A stretch of 64,000 bases of DNA from Marsupella aquatica (Eukaryota; Plantae; Marchantiophyta), in NCBI GenBank assembly GCA_973895155.1, contig OZ316892.1:15554861-15618860 (forward strand). Reading direction: 5' to 3'. The position numbers were made by a program, and so were the translations under genes. Of this stretch, positions 12,601-24,336 are shown piece by piece. Below the pieces are notes generated by a model that saw only the letters and a program-made list of their open reading frames with translations, had not been told where the DNA came from and did not search any database. Numbering within the stretch: the first letter of the stretch is position 1; each line of letters starts with the position of its first letter.

Positions 12601-13303
12601 TTGTTTGACAGAGGGCAGTCAACCATGTTTGGATGAGGATGACATTGGCAAGGGAGTGGATGATATCAATGTTGGGGCAAATGAGGATATTAGCAAGCAT
12701 GACAATGATACCATTGAGCCAGATTCATGCTATGTAGATCTTGACTCCATTGCAGAGATAAATGATTTGCAGAATGTATCATTCTCAATGACAGGTGTGC
12801 CTCTTGTTGAGATAAATCCAACCAAAGAGTTAGTTGGTATGACACTCCCAGGTGATGAACCTGCTACTGTGACAGTCCTAACAGAGGAACCTATTGAGCC
12901 TAGCTTCACTACTGTGAAGAGAGGAAGCATGCGCACACGAAGCAAGTCTGCTGGTGGGAGCAGAGCCACGTCAAAGGTTTCATACAAACCTCCAAGAACG
13001 GTGCTGGCAGAAAGATCTAAGGTGGAAGTGGGGAAAGCACCTAATGGTGAGGGACAAAGTGGCTTGTTAGCTCTTGATGAGAGTGGAACACGAGTAGGAT
13101 TTGGCCGAGTGCAGGTTGGTTCCACAACGTTCCATGGCAAGAGGATTCCCCCAGGTTATTCAGTAGTGTTAGTCACATTACTAGTGAAACCTAAAGCTGT
13201 CCTTCCCATTCCAAACACAAATGATGATCCTCCTCAAAAGACACTTGGAGATGCTGCAGGTTCTTTGGTATTATGGCCAAGCAAGTTCATAGAGGATCCA
13301 TAA
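9652..13303 (+). CDS. CACTA TnpA-like multi-exon gene (exon structure only partly resolved)
   Basis: Exon 11209-11771 has VWARLVAYF...KKKSSQMTEAR...TGRTG. The terminal exon ends FHGKRIPPGYSVVLV...LPIPN...TLGDAAGSLVLWP, typical of En/Spm ORF2 C-termini. Many GT-AG junctions. Confidence 0.65.
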
Positions 13304-13799
13304 CAATGTCATGTCATTATTTGTTTGTAGTGTGAGTCATGTTATGTAGATTTTAGATGTCAAGAAGCAGTACAAGAATCATGTCCTCTTGGAGATTCAT
13401 AGTATCATGCATGTGCTTTCAGTTATCTCATCCTGCAGTCATCAATTATGAGTTCCTGTTTTGTCTGAATTACATTGATCACATTGTAAACTATTCCATT
13501 GGAATTCAAATGATCTTCATTTTTTAGCAAGATTGTGATTGTGTTTAATTCTTATGAATGTTTTATGTAGGATCTGCTTATATGATGCTTTGTTTCATGT
13601 GGATGTCATTCATGCTATGTTCATTTCTTGTATTGAATGTGTTATATTTCTAAAGTTAGAACATCAGGTTTCTATGTATTGTAATGTCGAGTGCTCTCTC
13701 TCCTTATGAATTGTCCCTCTGTGTTCATTAGTCATGGTTATAACTTGCATGTGAACCTTATTAGTTATAAACATGAGTATATAGAGTCCCAAATGGTTC

Positions 13800-14158
13800 T
13801 GTTGTGTGACGCGGGCCAGGGTCTCCATTGGTCTCTCCTGTGACACTAAATGGTCACACGCTAATCGTTGTTGAATGCGGGTAAGTCATGCATGTGACTT
13901 ACGATGTGACTCGCTGAAGTCATATTGCAGTCACGTCGAAACAAGGCTAGACTCCACAATAAAGTCACAGATCAGTCACAAATGGGTATCAAGCAAGTTG
14001 CAAAGCCCAATATCAATAGTGACTACCATTTTTTGGTCTCAACTTTTGCAACTCCAAGGGTCACAGCGTGGGTCAAGTCACGTTGAGTCACAATGAAGTC
14101 ACATGAGCCAAAATGAGTCACATATTGCGGTCTCAGTTCACCTCGGATTCTTCTAGTG
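13800..14158. repeat. CACTA subterminal repeat array and right TIR
   Basis: More than ten GTCAC(A)/TGTGAC motifs in both orientations, ending in TAGTG. The predicted 3-bp TSD is ATC (14159-14161). Confidence 0.85.
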
Positions 14159-14300
14159 ATCGCATACCACACACTTAGCTATCAACTGCTGGGCATGAGT
14201 GTGCATACCACGCCACCAATACTGTGTCTGCAGCAAGCTATAAGTGCGCTTCACACCAAAGTGACCCAACTCCTCGTGTGCATGTCACACCAAATGTACT
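14159..14300 (-). pseudogene. Integrase HHCC zinc-binding domain, truncated by the CACTA
   Basis: HAHEELGHFGVKRTYSLLQTQYWWRGMHTHAQQLIAKCVVCD followed directly by CACTAG on the - strand. Confidence 0.88.
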
Positions 14301-14482
14301 CGTTGTGATGGTTTTGGTACCACCAACATCCTACCATCATGCAGTACTCTCAAAAGATGGTTTCCCTCCCATCGAAACCTCTTGGCTCTCTGTAGAACCC
14401 TGTCACGTTCCTTGGCATCAACACTGCCAACAATAGAACCATTGCGCAGATATTCCAACACTCTCACATCATTGTGAATATT

Positions 14483-16119
14483 TTATTGTCCAGTAGTTAC
14501 CTCACTAACATCCACATCTGAAGACTCATCATCCACTCCATCCAATGAGGTAGAGTCCACAGATCCATTGTATGTTGGCACCCAACAAAGAAAGGCAGAT
14601 GCATGCCATCCTGGCACCATCTCCTTATCTGACTCATCATGCCATCTGGCTCCAGTCTCATCTTGCTGACTGGTACATGGATTGCGGCTTAATCCATCTG
14701 CATCCAAGTTCACTTTTCCAGGCCTATGCACCACCTGGAAATCATACTCCTGTAACAACAATGCCCATCGTGCAAGCTTCCCTGTAAGCTTGTCAGACTC
14801 CATTAACCACTTAAGAGGCTGATGATCAGTGATCAAGGTGAAGGGGTTACCAAACAAGTAGCAACGAAAGTGTGCAATAGCCCACACTGCTGCCAAACAC
14901 TCTCCCTCATAAGAGCTATACTTAGCCTCTGCTGAATTGTTTGATCTACTGGCATAAGCCACAACAAACTCATTCCCCTCATCATCCTTCTGAGTCAGCA
15001 CTGCTCCAAGTCCTACTCCACTCCAATCAGTGTGTAGCTGAAATGGTCTGCCTGAAATGGGTCTTCTCAAAATAGGGGATGATGCCAACCTTTGCTTCAA
15101 CTCCTGAAAGGCATGCTCCTGGTCATTACCCAAATCCATTCCTGATCCAACTTAGTGAGTATGGTCAAAGGTTTAGCAAGCTGGCTAAATCCTTTAACAT
15201 ACCTCTTGTAGTAGCTCGCCAATCCCAAGAATGCACGAACTCTACTCACATCAGTAGGACAAGGAATCTGTGTAATGGCCTCCACTTTAGTCTGCTGTAC
15301 ACCCAATCCCCCTAGGTATATAGTGTGGCCCAAATACTCAATCTGGTCTTGGAAGAACTTACACTTGCCAGGATGGAGCTTCAACCCATGTGCTCTCAAT
15401 CTCTCCAACACAATAAGCAAGTGCTGTTGATGTTCTTCCACAGTAGAAGAATAGACCAAAATATCATCAATATAACATCTGACAAAATCCAAACCTGCAA
15501 GGATTCGATCCATGACTCTTTGGAACTCAGCTGGTGCATTCTTCAACCCAAATGGTAAGAATAATCACTGATACAAATGATCTTTGCCATAAGAATCAAT
15601 CCCCCAGAATGCTGTCTTGGACCTGTCAGCATGCCTAATTGGAAGCTGATGGTACCCTGCCCTCAGATCCAATGAATTGAAAACCTTTGCATGCCCCACA
15701 GCATCAAAGATCTCCTCAGGTGTGGGCATGGCATATCGATCAGATTTTGTCTGGCGATTAATAGGTCTGTAATCACCATACATGCGCCTATCTGTGTAAT
15801 TGCCATGCACATCCTTCTTGGCTGGCATCACTGTGGCAGATGCATACTCCCCATATGAAATCTCCACCAATCCAGCCTCCAACAAATCTTGAGTTCTGCT
15901 TTGAATCAGAGCTCTCTCCATGTCACTATAACAGTATGGTCTACGGAAGATTGGCGCATCACTAGCCAATTCAATCTGAATACCAGGGCCCTTCAGTGTC
16001 CCCAAATCCTTCATGCTGAATGCAAAACAATTCCAATAACTCTTCAGGAATCGATGCATGCGACGTCTCTCCTCCCCTATTAACTTAGGGCCAAGTTGTG
16101 GTTCCCAAATCTCCACCAA
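14483..16119 (-). pseudogene. Gypsy reverse transcriptase and RNase H (frameshifts/stops)
   Basis: DYRPIN, LDLRAGYHQ, LPFGLKNAPAEFQR, YIDDILV, RAFLGLASYY, LHTDWSGVGLGAVLTQ, VAYASRS, TDHQPLKWL, DADGLSR. Confidence 0.93.
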
Positions 16120-16359
16120 ATCCCTAATATCTCTTTGTAGGGTAGAAGAGATAGCCGATGGTTGCTATTTAGCAGTAGATTTGAGCAGTCCCTTCCTGCT
16201 CAACAATCTGTCCAGCCTTGGCCAATCCTGCCATAGGTCCATGGATTGTCTGCTCGCCCCCAACTGTGGTCAATACTATCTCAGTGGACCGCAAGCTCAC
16301 CAAGGGACAATCAGTAATTCCAGCAGAGCGCATCCGCAACTGTTCAGCTACTCCCAAGC

Positions 16360-17292
16360 TGATAATCCAAGTCAAATAATTCAGGTCCATTGCTTGACCA
16401 AGAACCTGGCGCCGCAAACCCTCTAACACAGAGGCAACTGCAGTGGTGCCAGTCAAAAATCCCATAGCACGCTCTCTCTCATCAGCAGTAGGCTCCACTA
16501 ACTGCTGGAGAGCTGTGTCCCACACAAGTCCAGGGCCACCTCCTCTGAATGCATATGAAGTAGAGTGGCTGACAAGAGTTGGTAATGCACAATGTGGGCG
16601 CCCAACTGCATTGACCACTGCCAATGGAGGTCTATCAGGTTGGGTCACACCCTGTGCACGACGCCCTGGATCCAAAATATCATCCATCACTAAGGCTGGT
16701 GAGCATGGAATGCTGTCAAATGCGCGCTTCAGCACCTCACATGGGATCAAATTGGTCCACCACAAGCGTGGACGATGTGCACGAGAACCCATCCAATAAC
16801 ACAGTAGGTCCAATCCAAGAACTCACCTGGTGAACACTGGCAACAATCCGACTACGATCATCACCTATTAATGGCACATTCTCCAAAATATATGCTGGAG
16901 ACTATGTCTGATGTAGCTGGAGATGACGCAGCACCCGTAACATCTCCTAAAACAGTGTAGAGCGTGGATCATGAAGTCCATGCCCAACGCCAGCTCTAGA
17001 TTGGCCCTGACATGGCCAACCAGCAATCACCAAATCAATTGGGCCAACACGATGCAGATGATCCGCCCCCAGCAATGAAATATCAGTAGGTAGTGCATGC
17101 TGATAACCACGAACAACATCCACTGGTAGCAATTGTGGATATCTATCCACCAACATAGCCACATGCCGCAATGAGACCCTCCGTGCTGTCTCATCTGACT
17201 CCACATACAAATAACGACGCACAGGAATTCTTGTCTGAAGAACAACAGCCAATCCAGTGCTAATCCCACCAAAAAGATCCAACAAACAACAA
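16360..17292 (-). pseudogene. C5-cytosine DNA methyltransferase domain (DNMT3-like) within Gypsy pol
   Basis: Motif I LLDLFGGISTG (17292-17254), II YVE, IV IAGWPCQG (PCQ 17015-17007), DPRSTLF, VI YILENV (16883-16875), VIII AHRPRLWWTN (~16780-16751), IX ERERAMGF (16480-16457), X LGQAMD (16402-16385). Stops at 16947-49 and 16902-04; frameshift near 16790. Confidence 0.9.
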
Positions 17293-17699
17293 CCCTTCGG
17301 TGGATACTGCCAAGCAATAGGAGTGGTATCCAATGGTGAAAGAGTCACAGGTCCATCTGCAAGAGGCTGCTCTGCTCCTAACTGTGGTGTAAAAGCATGA
17401 CGCCATGCATCATGTACCAATCGTGCTGTTGCCTGTGGCAAGGCCTGTGCAATGCCCCACACTAGTGGCACAACACTGCCAATAGATAATCCTCGTATGA
17501 TGTGCTCCTCATGAGACTCCTCCAATGGTGGAACATCGGCTGCATGCACATTACCCTCAATCAAATCATCAGGTCCAGCAATTACACCACTGAATGCTGC
17601 CAAAGACAATGGTGTGGATTTAGGGCCTCCCACAGGTCCACTAAATCTCACTGGCAATTTTCTCAATCGAGCATCTCCTAACTGCCAATCAGGTCTATA

Positions 17700-18050
17700 T
17701 GACACTGATTCCTCCCAAAAATCAAGAATAAATCCCATGGGGTAGAGCACTGTACATCCCACCAACACATCATATGACTCTGCCTTAGTCAGAATAGCTC
17801 GCGCCTCTATCTGTGAGCTATCTGTGGTATGACCTTCCTGAATCCTCAAATCAAGTGGTCTCCTGGTGATATGCTGTGTAGGTGTAGGTCCCCCCAATGA
17901 AGTCTGAATGGGAAAGGGACAATCCTCCAAATCCTCTGGATGCAATCCCAATCCACGTATGGCAGACTTCCCCAACATCAAGGGTTGAGCACCAGTATCC
18001 AATAACACTCTCTCTGGCTGGTATACTGCTCCAGAAGGCCCAACTAATTG
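17700..18050 (-). pseudogene. Retroviral-type aspartic protease
   Basis: ERVLLDTGAQPLMLG (Asp codon 17999-17997) and YDVLVG, in the same ORF (16947-18158) as the DNMT N-terminal half. Confidence 0.85.
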
Positions 18051-18159
18051 GAAGATACCACTCCGATTATCCAATGACACAACACTAGGTTTAAACCTAG
18101 TCCTCTCAAATGCAGGGCATGTGGTAAATCCACCAACCTCACTGCTGCTGCATGCCATG

Positions 18160-20146
18160 TCTCACTAGTAGCAGTAGGTGGTATGGTCTTCACTGCTTCA
18201 ATACTACAAGCTGCTTCTGCATGGGAAGCAACAACTGGAGTGTCCTCACAGAGTGTAGCTGCCAATCTGAACACTTCTACAGGACCAACTCCCAAGTTCA
18301 GCATGTCTGTCGCTGAAAATAATGGGGTGCGTACTATGGCAGTAGCCACCCCCAGCAGGGTACCTGTCATCCCTACTGTATCACTATCGGATTCTGCCAA
18401 CTTATCCACGCCAGGGTTTGTCCGAACCAGGTTCATAGAGGCAGTCTGAACTGTCTCTGACAATGTAAAAGACTGAGGAAGCTTTGTCTGCCGACATGCA
18501 TCGCCCCTCTGTGGATCTAGCTCCACTACTGCTCCTCGGGGCTCAAGAGCTTTGGCTGCCCCACATGTCAAAGCTGCTGATGCATCAATATGTGCAGTGC
18601 CACACATGAATCCCATGGTGGCAAGATCTCCATCAGCTCCATAAGATGTGGAAGGACCATGAGATGTGGAAGATCCATAGGATGTAGATGCCCCATCACC
18701 AGAAGTAGGTCTCACCTGGGAACTAGCCATGGCAGCTAGCTGTTGCTCCAATTGAGCAATCTTAGCATCCTTTGGATCTATGGTTACAGCAGGGGCAGCG
18801 TCATCTCCTTGTCTCCCTGCATGTGGCATGCCATGACCACGTCCACCGCCTCTACCTCCTCCTCCTCTTCCCTGATCATGTGTACGGGATCCTCCTCTCC
18901 GTAACTCATGATGGAGTGAGAAACACCTATCCTTGGTGTGTCCAGGAGCTCCACAGTGATCACACTGTCGTTGATCAGGCGCTGATGCTCCCCCTGATCC
19001 TCTATGATCTGGGCAATATCTCTGTGCATGATCCCCACCACAGGTCCAACATCCAGACTATTGTCCAGCATAAGAGGGCACAGGTCTCTGGCTGGTAGAC
19101 TCTCGTGCAGTAGGCTTCTCCCTCTAGCTCTTCCGTGCAGTAGGCTGTGGTGTGGATGTGGATGCAACCTTTGGTGCTTCCTTGGAAAATCCGGAAGTCA
19201 CCACCTTCTCATTCACCATATTGAGCTCAATGCGCTTAGAAAGTGTAAAAACAACTGCTAATGTGGGATCTGCATCCCTAAGTAGAGTGACATCTCTCAC
19301 TCTACGTCGCAATTCTCTGTCCAGAATTGCATACCAAAACTGGACTGCCTGAGCCTCTGTCACTCCCTTGGTGACAGTGATCAATCTACGCATACGAGTG
19401 TATGCCTCACGTAGACTCTCTCCAGTCTTGCGCTGGAACTCCTGAAGACCCTTCAACTTATCAGTTCTTACACCCTGATAGTTCTGCTTTAGTACCTCAA
19501 AGAATTCCACCATAGGGTTAAATGCTGGTGCAACTCCAGTTCCTGTCACAATCACACCGGCAGGAGTAGCGGTGGATGCTGCTAGAGTGCTGGTGGTGGA
19601 TGGTGTGCCACTCTGGCTAGTGCTGCTAGAAGAGGCAACAGCTGTGGCAATGGGTTGGGCAGCCGCACTAGTGCCATAGGTGATGGACACGTAATTAGGT
19701 GACCAATGCTGCCTCCATGCCTCAATCTCAACCAAATGAGTCTTCCAAAACTCATGGTAGTCATCCATGGGTGGCCCCTCCAAATGCTGAAATAATCTCT
19801 TCCATGCCATGAAAGGGGTAAACAATGTGGCGTTACGCAATATCTGCATATCGCACCACGTATCAAACTCCTGGATGAAGTCATCCAGATCAATCGTGCT
19901 AACTGCACCAGAGTATCGTCGTGGGCCCTTTGTAGCCCCGTACATCTCGTCCATATCCCACAACAAAGGTGCAACCACCTGATGATGAAGAGAACTGGTC
20001 ATTGAGTCCTCATCAGAATCACTGTCTGAAGCTGCACTGCTGACTGCTACCAATGCCGCTGGTCGAAACTGCGCCCCACTCCGAGTGAAACCGGTCCGTC
20101 GTCCATCGGGTAACCCAGCAGCACCAGAAGAATCTGTGGTGACCAA
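18160..20146 (-). pseudogene. Gypsy gag with two zinc knuckles
   Basis: Retrotransposon-gag-like FQRKTGESLREAYTRMRRL; knuckles CWTCGGDHAQRYC and CDHCGAPGHTKDRC; in-frame TAG stops. Confidence 0.8.
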
Positions 20147-20694
20147 CCCTAACCTAATCTATGTGCTAACCCTAAGGGCAATCTGTCCCTATCAGCACCA
20201 CAAGCACTCACCATGGTATGTTGGACATCACTCCAACATCACCAGGAGAGAAATACACAGCACACTAGAATGTCCGGTTGCAAACCCGAATCACTCCTAT
20301 GGAATCAAGCGCCCATACCGAACCAACATGGCGCATAAACAAGAAACAAGTGTGGAGAGGATCCAATCAACAAGAATAGTCAAACACTAACTCTCCACAC
20401 CAAGAGTGATCACACATTGATCAAACAAATATTCATAATATTCAATGAAAGGCCTTCATAATAGGCTTCATGATGTCCCAATGTTATAGATGAGAAACCA
20501 TGCGGAATTGGTTCAATCTGTGTATTTAGATGAACTCAAAGCTATCAAAAACCTCTAAAGAGCCTCTGATTTGGCCCGAAACAAAGCTCTAAGCAAACCG
20601 GAAAGTGTATAAAGCCCCTTGGCGCTTGAATCTAAACAACAAGTTGTCAAAGCTTGCGTGTACACAAGGTGGGATAAGAATTTGCCAGTTAAGC

Positions 20695-21200
20695 GCTCGC
20701 GGCTGGGAATAGCCCCGGGATGGGTGACCTCCTCGCGCTCAACCTCGTGCCTCCCCTCGCGCTCACGGCCCGGAATAGCCCCGGGATGGGTGACCTCGAC
20801 CTCGCGCCTGCCTGCGCTCGCGATGGGTGACTTCGCGCTCGCGGTTGGGAGCACTTTCGGGATGGGTGACCTCGTGCGCCTCACACCTGACCCCAAAAAC
20901 GACTACTTCCTTGATGAAAAGTTCTCGAAAACTATCGATTTCCTTCATGAAAAACGTAGCCCTTCCACAGAATTGGCAGCAGCTTGATTCAACACCTTTG
21001 ACCCTCGTTTCTTTCAAAGAAATGATGATACCGCCGCACAGGGCATTGGCAGCTCTGTTTCTTCAGGAAAAGAGCCATCGCTTCACCTGCGCCTTGCCGA
21101 CATCGTCCAACAATAGCCGGCAATTAGATCTGAAGCCCCACGGTAGCCGATAATCAGATCTGAAGCCTCACAGTAGCCGGCAATCGGATCTGAAGCCTCA
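20695..21200. repeat. Short tandem repeats in the Gypsy A leader
   Basis: ggaatagccccgggatgggtgacctc x2 plus gatgggtgac variants; ~30-bp cggtagccg...gatctgaagcc x3 at 21110-21200. Confidence 0.75.
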
Positions 21201-21586
21201 CGGATCGACTTCCACTGTCCAACATCTACTCAACATTCGTTTTCCTCCACGAATCATCAATCGACCTCCAACTCAAAACCTGTCACCAATCACAGATCTG
21301 TACATTGATCGGGAAGCAGGCCGATCGGACAACAATGATACAGGTCAAGATACCAACGATCTGTTCGATAACAACACACGATCCGAGCTACCATGAACCA
21401 TCGACAACTCAATCAATCGAACTTCTATTTGCACAGTCCGTACAATAGATTTCGAATGTGATCTTTCAATGTAATCTCCATACAATCGGCACAACGATCC
21501 CGGTCAACAATACCCCATCGATCCCGCACCGATCCGATCACACACGTATGTCAAGCCAACGCACCTTGCACTACTCAAGGAATCCA

Positions 21587-21796
21587 TGTTACACAAGCGG
21601 AGCTCACAGCCACCATAGCCACTCAAGCTCCTCTCTCTCCAAGGCTCAACATTGAAAGATGACCTTTCAATGCCTCACAAGTGAGAAGTACCCTCTCACA
21701 CAAACCTGACAGAACCTTATCGGCTCCAATAGCACTCATACCAAACGTACATACTCTAATAGCATGATATACTACACTACTCAGAATGGTGTGACA
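21587..21796 (-). repeat. Putative 5' LTR of Gypsy A (210 bp, TGTCACACC...GTGTAACA), followed by PBS-like TGGATTCCTTGAG (21586-21574)
   Basis: TG...CA ends followed by TGG. Colinear similarity to 25194-25460 (tcatcttt..atgttgagcctt; ttccttgag...gcaaggtgcgtt). Confidence 0.7.
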
Positions 21797-22117
21797 AAGA
21801 CAGCAAAGAGCACCACAAGTGGTCGGGAAACTCACACAATAAAGAAGCTGGAGCCGAAGGTTCTTAACTTTGAAAATGTGTCTGCTGAACGTTTGAACAA
21901 AGGTCCTTTTGAAGGGATTGTTGGGGAGTACTTGGTTTTATTTGGAGTTGACTCAAGCAAGAAGGCTAGAGAGCCACCTCAGATTCCACTATGTCGTTTG
22001 ATGACAATGGAGGCAGTTTGGACTCTCCAACAAAGCTCCATCCTCAAGATGAAGAAGGACTTTGTGAAGAATGGGTATGTGGACAAGTTTTTGGAATTCC
22101 ACATATCAGAGACCAAT

Positions 22118-22488
22118 AGTGGTGGACCTTGCCACCTAGCGCCCTCACCAATCCCAACACTCACACCTAAAGTGGTAGACCTTACCACCCAGCGCCCTCA
22201 CCAATCCCAACACTCACACCTAAAGTGGTAGACCTTACCACCCAGCGCCCTCACCAATCCCAACACTCACACCTAAAGTGGTAGACCTTACCACCCAGCG
22301 CCCTCACCAATCCCAGCACTCACACCTAAAGTGGTAGACCTTACCACCCAGCGCCCTCACCAATCCCAACACTCACACCTAAAGTGGTAGACCTTACCAC
22401 CCAGCGCCCTCACCAATCCCATCACTCACACCTAAAGTGGTAGACCTTACCACCCAGCACCCTCACCAATCCCAGCACTCATGCCTAC
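22118..22488 (+). repeat. 53-bp tandem repeat x7 of the element terminus
   Basis: gtggtagaccttaccacccagcgccctcaccaatcccaacactcacacctaaa at 22119, 22172, 22225, 22278, 22331, 22384 and 22437. Confidence 0.95.
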
Positions 22489-23916
22489 GTGCCCTTGGTG
22501 CCCAAACGCCTCCACGGAATACCTTGAGCAAGCAACCTAGTGCCCCTTTGCACCGCCAACGGCCCCTCCCATACGAAGTCGCACTTGCTCTCTAACACGA
22601 CCGCTACTCAACGGTCCTCCCTATCTGCACAAGTAACCAAGCACCTCGATAAGTAACTCTTCAGGATCTAGAACTCGCCAAGTCTAGCATCCTAACTCAA
22701 GCTCAACAAACGTTGGTAAATAGGTCAGCGATAGGTCCTCCCGATGCCATAAGCCGAAACCAGAACCCACGCCCACTGTTTGTCTAGAACAACTCCTTCC
22801 TTGGGCGCGGCCCGGGTTCCCCCTTGTACCTATCCATCACCAACTGACCGCCCTAACCTTAGGACATGCTCATGGCCCAAGTAGCGTAGCTTGTCCTAAA
22901 GCTTGTCCTAAAGCTTGTCCCAACACGCCGGGACCAGAACGGCCCCGACTCTAGCAGCCGCTCCCGGTTTGCCCCACCGATGGTCTAGGGGCCAAGCACC
23001 CTTGGAACTCATCCTCCACACCTACTCGGCCTTGCCTCCCCAACACAAGTTTCCTTGGGAGACTGAACGCGGCTTGGCTGCTGTTCGGCAGGATTTGGCA
23101 AGCGGGCAAGCTAACACCCGCAAACCACGAGAAGCCATGGCACCCCCGGACCCATCTGAGCTAAGGAGGGCGTAGCCCTCCTCAAGAGCTTTCCAACGCA
23201 CCCAAGAAGTCCTCTAACGGACTTCCCGTTGGGAAGATATCACCATTTCTGTTTGGCGGTTTCCCTTAGTGTCGCGACCGCTGCGGCTCACGACTTCGGC
23301 TCGGCTTTAGCCCCTAGGGAGACACCACTCCCCTCATATATGTTTCTGGAGACCTGCCACCCCCGGACCAACTTTGGTCCCTAAACATTTGGCCCCCAAC
23401 CCGGATCCCATCGCGCATAATGGGCGCGCCACCAACTGGCAACGCCCATAACTTTCTTGATAGGCATCCGCAAACGGAGTGCCTTAGCCCATTGTGACCG
23501 GGCCAACCCAGTGCTCATGCCTAGGCCCTCAGGTCTGATTTCCGCTCGAGGCCCCCAACCAGCCCAACCCGGATCGGGCCACAACTTGCATCCCAAGCGT
23601 CCATTGTCAACGGCGTCAACTCCATTGGCCTTGGGCCCAAGAGGAGCTCACTCCCAAGCCCTCAGAACTCAAAGTCCATCCGAAGGTCCGGATGGCCATC
23701 CTTGAGCCTGGCCCATTTCCCCTTGACCCGACCAGCCATAGGCTAGTCCAAGTCCTTAGTGTGTGCCCCCAGCTTGGCTCCTTGCCTCGCTAGTGCCACG
23801 TCTCATTGCCCACAAGTCTCCCCATGCTAAGTCCTCCCCGGATGGCCTATCCAGGCCTGGACCATAAGGGAGCTCGGAGTCGGAGTCAGTGATGCCGGTA
23901 GTCAAGTTTCGCGAAT
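22118..23916 (+). mobile_element. Solo-LTR-like element, copy 1 (AGT...AAT ends, TSD CCAAT)
   Basis: CCAAT at 22113-22117 and 23917-23921. Homologous over its full length to the inverted copy at 51661-53153. Confidence 0.85.
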
Positions 23917-24336
23917 CCAATGCACATAACGCCACCCACTCCATGTCTGAATTTTCCGCAAATTGGGACCCTCTATGGGAACAAGCTAATGCAAAATTTG
24001 AGATGGAGTGTGATGAGTACAAGGAGTTTTGCGTTTTGAAGGGTAAGATGTTTTGGGTGTTTGATGGAAATCATCGCCTCAATGCATAGAGACAAGTGGC
24101 TGAAGAGTATCCTGTCAAGCAGAAGTACCACCGTTGCGTGAAATCCTCTCTTCTACAGCCTGGAAAACAAGGATTCAAGAAGATTGAGCAGGCAATGCAC
24201 GGCTTGAATGCGTAAGTTTCCGCCCCCTTGGTTTTTGGTTGTTCTTGCATTGGTTGTTCATTTGCACCTAGACAGGCAATGCTATCTCGGAGAGATAGAT
24301 AAATACATACATAGAATGTTTGGCCCTAAAATGCTC

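Larger units (their letters stand above)
1..14158 (+). mobile_element. CACTA (En/Spm) DNA transposon, right-hand part; left TIR not found in window
   Basis: Right terminus ...GATTCTTCTAGTG at 14158 (reverse complement CACTAGAAGAATC), subterminal GTCACA/TGTGAC repeats, and TnpD- and TnpA-like genes. The Gypsy integrase is cut exactly at this terminus. The left boundary is uncertain: membership of 1-5700 is inferred. Confidence 0.75.
14159..21796 (-). mobile_element. Ty3/Gypsy LTR retrotransposon A: 5'LTR-leader-gag-PR-DNMT-RT-RNaseH-IN(truncated)
   Basis: Domain order RT-RH-IN; motifs LLDTGA, GYHQ, PFGLKNAP, YIDD, TDWSGVG, DADGLSR, HEELGH...CVVC. Several stops and frameshifts. The 3' part is displaced by the CACTA. 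Confidence 0.93.

Noticed and set aside
20219-21764. Apparent solo LTR (TGTTGG...AGCA) with near-TSD tggta/tgata
   Set aside because: Its right part is colinear with the LTR/PBS of Gypsy B (25194-25460) straight across the supposed boundary, so it is Gypsy A's own LTR and leader. The TSD is imperfect.
22118-22488. CRISPR-like regular repeats
   Set aside because: Units are contiguous with no unique spacers, there are no cas genes, and the context is eukaryotic.
22915-24022. ORFs shared with 51648-53152 (e.g. MIGIRKRSALA...)
   Set aside because: Short GC-rich frames in two copies of a non-coding repeat; stops differ between copies and no domain motifs are present.
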